Positions 58,611 through 64,000 of a DNA stretch of 64,000 bases are shown piece by piece. The notes under the pieces are model-generated. The model ran no database searches. It was not told where the DNA came from and worked only from the letters and a program-made list of their open reading frames with translations. Position 1 is the stretch's first letter; each line of letters starts with the position of its first letter. The DNA comes from an uncultured Acidobacteriota bacterium (GTDB lineage Bacteria; Acidobacteriota; Thermoanaerobaculia; UBA5066), in assembly GCA_963779415.1 (NCBI GenBank), contig CAVZYA010000002.1:32001-96000 (forward strand), read 5' to 3'. A program made the position numbers and the translations under genes.

Positions 58611-59552
58611 TCAGTTGACCGGCAGGTCGTCGTCGGGAGGCGGGCCGCCCTCGGCCGAGGGAGATGAGCCCGCCTCCGCGGCGGCCAGCCGCCCGGCCTC
58701 CGCCTCCCGGTCGCGGCGCCTCTTGAGGGCCGCGACGATGGCGAGAAGGGCGATGCCGAGCCAGAGGACGGCGGTGGACGTGAGGATGGGGATCCACCGC
58801 TTGAGGACTCCCTGCCTGGCCCAGAACGCTTCGCCGACGTCGACGAGCGACGCTCCGGTCGTCCGTCGGAGCGCCTCGTCGAAGGAGAGACCCTGCGCGA
58901 CGCGGGAGAAGAGGGCGGCGGGGAGCCCCGTGCCGTACCGGTCGAGGAGGTCCTGCACGAGAGCGCCGGAGAGCGCGTACGCCCGTTCGACCTGCCAACG
59001 GTCTCCTTCGAAGAGGTCGTCCAGCATGAAGAGCGGGACCTTGTCGCCCGAGAGGAGGCCCAAAGCCAGCTCCGTCTGGTCCCGAAGCCGCCACGAGCGG
59101 CCCGCCAGCATCGCGACCCCTTCGTTGAACCAGCGAGGAATCCGGCGGCCGGCGGTCGCCCGGTAGATGAGGACGTGGGCGACCTCGTGCGCGAGGACTT
59201 CCTCGAGGCCTCCGTCGGGATAGGAGGGAGTCCGTTCCGGCAGGAGAACGACGACGTTCGAGACGCCGTCGGTGTAGCCGGAGACCCACGAGGGGGCGCT
59301 TTTCGCCAGAGGCGACGATTCCGGGGCGAGGACGACGCGGATGGGCGGGCCCGGCTCCGTGATACCGACCAGTTCCATCACACCCGCGACCCAGGGAGGC
59401 GAGGAGTCGGAGAGCCGGCTCGCGGAAGGCGGCAGGCCGGGCTCGCGCTCCAAGATCAGCGGAACCGGCCTCGCCGCGGCCATGTTCAGCGGGAGAAACG
59501 AGAGGAGAAGCAGCGCTCGCCTGGTCACGGAAAGGGATTCTGGACGAAACAT
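58611..59552 (-). CDS. Peptidase MA-like zinc metallopeptidase, membrane anchored
   Basis: HEVAH...PRWFNEG gluzincin motif; C-terminal TM; start uncertain. Confidence 0.75.
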   Translation of the reverse strand: MFRPESLSVTRRALLLLSFLPLNMAAARPVPLILEREPGLPPSASRLSDSSPPWVAGVMELVGITEPGPPIRVVLAPESSPLAKSAPSWVSGYTDGVSNVVVLLPERTPSYPDGGLEEVLAHEVAHVLIYRATAGRRIPRWFNEGVAMLAGRSWRLRDQTELALGLLSGDKVPLFMLDDLFEGDRWQVERAYALSGALVQDLLDRYGTGLPAALFSRVAQGLSFDEALRRTTGASLVDVGEAFWARQGVLKRWIPILTSTAVLWLGIALLAIVAALKRRRDREAEAGRLAAAEAGSSPSAEGGPPPDDDLPVN

Positions 59553-59664
59553 GGCCGAGGCCGAACGAAGCGTCCGTTCACCCCGATAATCCTTTCCGGA
59601 CCGGAGCGGCGAAGCCGGGAGGAACCGGAAATCTTTCAGGGCCGCACCGGGTGGGGTCATCACG

Positions 59665-61005
59665 ATGAACAGATGGATTCCTCTCCTCACCCTGACCGTC
59701 TGCTTCGGAGGAGCTCTGGCCGAGGAACCTCCTCCGGAGACGGGCAACGTGCTCACGATTTCCGACGCGATCCGGGCGACCGCCGCGGAGTCGCAGGCGT
59801 CCGTCGCCGCCGGCCTCGATCTCCGCGCGGCGCAGGAAGGGACGAATCGGGTGAAGGCGGCCTACTGGCCCGTTCTTTCGGCCTCGGGGAACTGGCAGGC
59901 CCGGGACAACCCGATCGTGGCGATCTTCGGAACATTCGAGGTCCCGACCACCAATAAGAACTTCTTCACGGCCGAGGCCGACCTGACCGAGCTTCTCTGG
60001 GACGGGGGGCGCCGCTCGGCGGCGCTCGAGATCTCCCGCGGCTCCGAGGCCGCGACGTCCCTGAAGGGGAAGGCGGACGTGCAGGCGACCGAGATGGAAG
60101 GCCTCGGCGCGTATCTGAAGGTGCTCGTCCTCAAGGCGCAGCGGCGGGTCGTGAACCAGCGGATCACCAGCCTCGAGGAGCACCTCCGCATCGCGCAGGA
60201 CCTCTACGATCAGGGGGTCGTGGCCCGAAACGACCTCCTCGGCACCGAAGTCCGTCTCCGCGTGGTGAAGGACCAGATCGGTCAGATTCAGAACGGGATC
60301 GCCGTGGCGATGCAGACCCTCGGCCGACTGATGGGCCGTCCTGCGGGCGAGAAGCTGAGTCTTCCCGAAGCCCTGGCGTCGCCCCCTCCGCTCCCCGACG
60401 GCGTGGACGGGCTGAAGCGCCGCGCGGCTGCAGGAAACCCGCGGCTGGAGGCCCTCCGTGCGAGCCTCAAGGTGGACCGGAGCACCGTTTCGGCCCGGAA
60501 GGGTGAGAGCTGGCCGAGCGTCTTCGCCCAGCTCTCCCACACGTACCAGGAGAACGCGTTCCTCGCCTATCCGAACGCGAACATCTTCTTCGTCGGAGTC
60601 TCCTGGCAAATATGGGAGAACGGGTCCCGGAAGGCCGCCGTGCGACAGGCGGAGATCTCCGCCGAGAAGACGGAGAGCGAGATCGGGGAGCTGGCGCGAG
60701 CCCTCGACATCGAGGTGGACCAGGCTTTTCGCGACTTCACTCAGGCGCTCCGGGAAGCCGACACGGCCCGCAAGAACGTGGAGGCCGCCGAGGAGAACCT
60801 CCGGATCGAGGAGGACCAGTACAAGGCCGGCCTCGCCCGGACGATCGACGTCCTCGACGCCGAGTCGACCCTCGCGGAGAGCCGCTTCTCCCTCGTGAAC
60901 CAGCACTACACGGCATACCTGAAGGAGGGGCTCCTCGGCGCCGCCGCGGGTCTCGATCTTCCCACCGTCTTCGCCGGCGCCCTCCCGGCGTCAGAGGAGC
61001 ACTGA
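59665..61005 (+). CDS. TolC family outer-membrane efflux protein
   Basis: Signal peptide; two OEP repeats (YWP/SWP, Y..G...D.L). Confidence 0.9.
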   Translation: MNRWIPLLTLTVCFGGALAEEPPPETGNVLTISDAIRATAAESQASVAAGLDLRAAQEGTNRVKAAYWPVLSASGNWQARDNPIVAIFGTFEVPTTNKNFFTAEADLTELLWDGGRRSAALEISRGSEAATSLKGKADVQATEMEGLGAYLKVLVLKAQRRVVNQRITSLEEHLRIAQDLYDQGVVARNDLLGTEVRLRVVKDQIGQIQNGIAVAMQTLGRLMGRPAGEKLSLPEALASPPPLPDGVDGLKRRAAAGNPRLEALRASLKVDRSTVSARKGESWPSVFAQLSHTYQENAFLAYPNANIFFVGVSWQIWENGSRKAAVRQAEISAEKTESEIGELARALDIEVDQAFRDFTQALREADTARKNVEAAEENLRIEEDQYKAGLARTIDVLDAESTLAESRFSLVNQHYTAYLKEGLLGAAAGLDLPTVFAGALPASEEH

Positions 61006-61006
61006 C

Positions 61007-62050
61007 ATGGCCCGGAAGTGGATCAGCCTCGCCGTCATCCTCGCGGTCGTCCTCGCCATCGCCGTGGCCGGCTGGCGGAGATGGAAGCACTCGCAGGTCC
61101 ATCCGAACACCGAGGATGCCTACGTGAGCGGCGACGTCTACGCCGTCTCCTCCCGTATTCCCGGGACGCTGCTGTCGGTTGACGTGGTCGACAACCAGGA
61201 GGTCCGGGAGGGGCAGCTCGTCGCGACGCTCGACCCCCGCGACGCCGACGCGCAGGTCGAGCAGGCCGAGACGGCCCTCGGCGAGGCCCACGCGGCCCTC
61301 GCCACCCGCCGGGCCGAGATCGAGGAGAAGCGGGCGAAGTCCGCCGCCGACGCGAGCCGTCTCGCTCTGGCCCAAACGAACCTCACCCGCTACGGGGAAT
61401 TGAACCGGAAGAACTCGGTCCCGAAGGCCCGGTATGACGATGCCGTGGCCGCCGAGTCGGTCGCCGCCGCCGACCTCGATGCTTCGCAGAAGGCGCTGGC
61501 GGCGAAGGAGGCGGATCTCGGCGTGGCGGAGCAGAGGGTTCGGGTCCAGGAGTCGCGGCTCCGGAATGCCCGGTTAAACCACTCCTACTGCGCGATCACG
61601 ACGATCGTGGACGGGGTCGTCAGCAAGTTGACGGCCACGGCCGGCCAGGTCGTCGCGCCCGGACAGCCCCTCTGCGCCATCGTCCCGCTGACGGGCGACC
61701 ACGTCTGGGTCGAGGCCAACTTCAAGGAGACCGATCTGAGGCACATCCAGGTCGGCCAGCCGGCCACACTCCGGACCGACGTGAATCCGAACCGTACCTA
61801 CAGCGGCCGGGTCGAGAGCATCAGCGCGGGAACAGGGGCCGCCTTTGCGCTTCTTCCGCCGGAGAACGCGACGGGAAACTGGGTCAAGATCGTCCAGCGC
61901 CTCCCCGTCCGGATCGCCATCGACTCGGCGAGCAACAAAGACAAATCGCTCCGGCTCGGTCTCTCCGTTCACGTGGAGATCGACACCCTGACGGGCCCGG
62001 CCGAGAAGCCGGCGTCCGCGCCCGTCCGGACGACCTCCGTCCCGGACTGA
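61007..62050 (+). CDS. emrA: EmrA/HlyD membrane fusion protein
   Basis: TEDAYV, WVEANFKET and LLPPENATGNWVKIVQRLPVRI. Confidence 0.92.
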   Translation: MARKWISLAVILAVVLAIAVAGWRRWKHSQVHPNTEDAYVSGDVYAVSSRIPGTLLSVDVVDNQEVREGQLVATLDPRDADAQVEQAETALGEAHAALATRRAEIEEKRAKSAADASRLALAQTNLTRYGELNRKNSVPKARYDDAVAAESVAAADLDASQKALAAKEADLGVAEQRVRVQESRLRNARLNHSYCAITTIVDGVVSKLTATAGQVVAPGQPLCAIVPLTGDHVWVEANFKETDLRHIQVGQPATLRTDVNPNRTYSGRVESISAGTGAAFALLPPENATGNWVKIVQRLPVRIAIDSASNKDKSLRLGLSVHVEIDTLTGPAEKPASAPVRTTSVPD

Positions 62051-62067
62051 GAGAACGGCTCGACGCA

Positions 62068-63621
62068 ATGGCCGAAGACGCGAAGAGGGCGAGCCCATAC
62101 CTCATCGCCTTCACCTCCATGCTCGGCACCCTGATGGAGGTCGTGGACACCTCCGTGGCCAACGTGTCCCTCCCGCACATGCAGGGGACCTTCTCGGCCG
62201 GCGTGGACGAGATCACATGGGTCATCACGTCGTACCTCGTCGCCAACGCCGTCATCCTGCCGATCACCGGCTGGCTCGCGAACTATTTCGGCCGCCGGCG
62301 CTTCTACCTGACGTGCCTCGGCGTCTTCACCTTCGCCTCGCTCGGCTCCGGCGCCGCCCCGTCGCTCCCCTTCCTCGTCGTCATGCGGGTCATCCAGGGG
62401 TTCGCCGGCGGGGCGATGGTGCCGATGTCGCAGGCGATCCTCCTCGAAGCCTTCCCCCCGGAGGAGCGCGGCAAGGCGATGGCGATGTTCGGGGTGGGGG
62501 TCGTCTTCGGCCCGATCATCGGCCCGACGCTGGGGGGATGGATCACGGACAACTGGGGCTGGCCCTGGGTCTTCTACATCAACATCCCGGTCGGCATCCT
62601 CGGGATCGTCCTCGGCCTGATGCACATCACCGAGCCGTCGCACCTGAAGCGCCCGGAGGGGCGCGTGGACTTCATGAGCTTCGTCTTCATCTGCATCGGC
62701 CTCGGGAGCCTCGAGGTCGTCCTGAACCGGGGCCAGCGCTACGACTGGTTCGAGAGCCGTTTCATCAGCCTCTTCGCCCTCGCCTCAGTGACCGGGATCG
62801 CGCTCTTCGTCTGGCGATCCTTCACGGCCGAGCGCCCGCTCGTCGACCTGCACGTCTTCAACGACCGGGCCTTCGCCTCCGGGACGATCCTGATGTTCCT
62901 CCTGGGCTTCGGGCTTTTCGGCGCGTTCACGATGCTCCCGCTCTTCACCCAGACGATGCTCGGCTACACCGCGACGTGGGCAGGGCTCGTCCTTTCGCCC
63001 GGGGGGATCGCCTCTCTCTGCGCGATGGTCATCGTGGCGAACCTGATCGGCAGGATCGACACGCGGCTTCTCGTCCTCGTCGGGGCGCTCCTGAACCTCT
63101 ACGCCCTCTGGCTCCTCCGCGGGATCGATCTGAACGTCGGCTTTGAGTACGTCATGTTTTCCCGTCTCGTGCAGGGATTCGGCCTCGGCTTCCTCTTCGT
63201 CCCGATCTCGACGGCGGCGTTTTCGCACCTCTCCCCCCAGAAGATGGGTCAGGCCACCGGCCTCTTCAACCTCCTCCGGAACGAAGGGGGCTCGGTCGGC
63301 ATCGCCGTTTCAGCCACCGTCCTCGCCCGGCACTCGCAGATCCACCACGCGCGCCTCGGCGAGCACGTCTCCGCCTTCAGCCCCGTCCTCCAGGAGCGCC
63401 TCTCGGCGACGGCGCATGGGCTCTTCGCCATCTCGGGCCTCGACCCCGAATCCGCCCGCTCGCTCGGGCTGGGGCTCCTCGAAGGGAACCTCACGCGGCA
63501 GGCCGTCGCGAAGGCCTACGTCGACGTCTTCTGGATGCTGATGTTCGCCTTCGTCGTCTTCCTGCCTTTCATCCTGATGCTCTCCCCCGGAATCCGGAAG
63601 GGAGCCGCTCCCGCGCACTGA
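62068..63621 (+). CDS. emrB: EmrB/QacA DHA2 MFS efflux transporter
   Basis: DTSVANVSLP, WVITSYLVA, GPTLGGWIT, FYINIPVG and RNEGGS.G. Confidence 0.92.
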   Translation: MAEDAKRASPYLIAFTSMLGTLMEVVDTSVANVSLPHMQGTFSAGVDEITWVITSYLVANAVILPITGWLANYFGRRRFYLTCLGVFTFASLGSGAAPSLPFLVVMRVIQGFAGGAMVPMSQAILLEAFPPEERGKAMAMFGVGVVFGPIIGPTLGGWITDNWGWPWVFYINIPVGILGIVLGLMHITEPSHLKRPEGRVDFMSFVFICIGLGSLEVVLNRGQRYDWFESRFISLFALASVTGIALFVWRSFTAERPLVDLHVFNDRAFASGTILMFLLGFGLFGAFTMLPLFTQTMLGYTATWAGLVLSPGGIASLCAMVIVANLIGRIDTRLLVLVGALLNLYALWLLRGIDLNVGFEYVMFSRLVQGFGLGFLFVPISTAAFSHLSPQKMGQATGLFNLLRNEGGSVGIAVSATVLARHSQIHHARLGEHVSAFSPVLQERLSATAHGLFAISGLDPESARSLGLGLLEGNLTRQAVAKAYVDVFWMLMFAFVVFLPFILMLSPGIRKGAAPAH

Positions 63622-63640
63622 GCCCGCCGGGCCGCCCGCG

Positions 63641-64000
63641 TCACCAGGGGTTGGTGACGTGGCAGAAGGCGCCGTTCTTATCGATGTAGTCCTGGTGGTA
63701 CTCCTCGGCCGGGTAAAAGGTCTTCGCCGGCTCGACGAGCGTGACGATCTTTCCCGGATAGCGCTTCAGCTCCGTCTGCTCGCGGATGAAGGCCCTGGCC
63801 TCGTGCTCCTGCGCCTCGTTGGCCGTCCAGATTCCGGAACGGTACTGCGAGCCGATGTCGGGTCCCTGTCCCCCGACCTGCGTCGGGTCGTGCATCCTGA
63901 AGAAGGCCTCGAGGAGGCGGCGGTAGGTGATCCGGCTCGGGTCGAAGACGACCTTGACGGTCTCGGCGTGTCCCGTCCTGTCGGTGCAGACCTGCTTGTA
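63641..64000 (-). CDS. msrA: Peptide-methionine (S)-S-oxide reductase, 3' part (runs off the window)
   Basis: YKQVCTDRTGHAE, HDPT, QGPDIGSQYRS and FYPAEEYHQDY. Confidence 0.9.
   Translation of the reverse strand, partial: YKQVCTDRTGHAETVKVVFDPSRITYRRLLEAFFRMHDPTQVGGQGPDIGSQYRSGIWTANEAQEHEARAFIREQTELKRYPGKIVTLVEPAKTFYPAEEYHQDYIDKNGAFCHVTNPW

Noticed and set aside
59665-63621. TolC-EmrA-EmrB as a specialised exporter for a neighbouring pathway
   Set aside because: Standard tripartite efflux operon with no adjacent biosynthetic genes

Overview
A high-GC (roughly 70% by eye) bacterial chromosomal window. The gene content (several Hanks-type kinases with TolB/TPR sensor domains, VPS10/BNR propeller proteins, DUF6265, tandem ThyX) suggests Acidobacteriota, possibly Thermoanaerobaculia; this is an inference. 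The left third is mostly housekeeping: gluQ, two GT-C-like glycosyltransferases in an operon with tyrA and tyrS, udk, a radical SAM gene, iscS, thyX, eno, ftsB, tRNA-fMet and a class I fumarase. The remainder is accessory-rich: four receptor-like Ser/Thr kinases (three disrupted) plus an 11-codon kinase relic, a Wzz/MurJ/Wzy-GT4 glycan cluster, secreted hydrolases, two paralogous small c-type cytochromes, VapBC, TolC-EmrAB and a partial msrA. The best hidden feature is missing from the ORF track: a BCP/PrxQ peroxiredoxin (20373->19912) whose peroxidatic Cys codon is an in-frame TGA followed by a SECIS-like hairpin, i.e. a probable selenoprotein. Other leads are a 589-aa divergent GlpX-like phosphatase with an extra C-terminal region, a kinase-FGE-esterase fusion, an uncharacterised small-protein/nucleotidyltransferase pair and two clean operator-like palindromes. 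Several frameshifts may be long-read errors. No CRISPR array, integrase, transposase or reverse transcriptase was seen.
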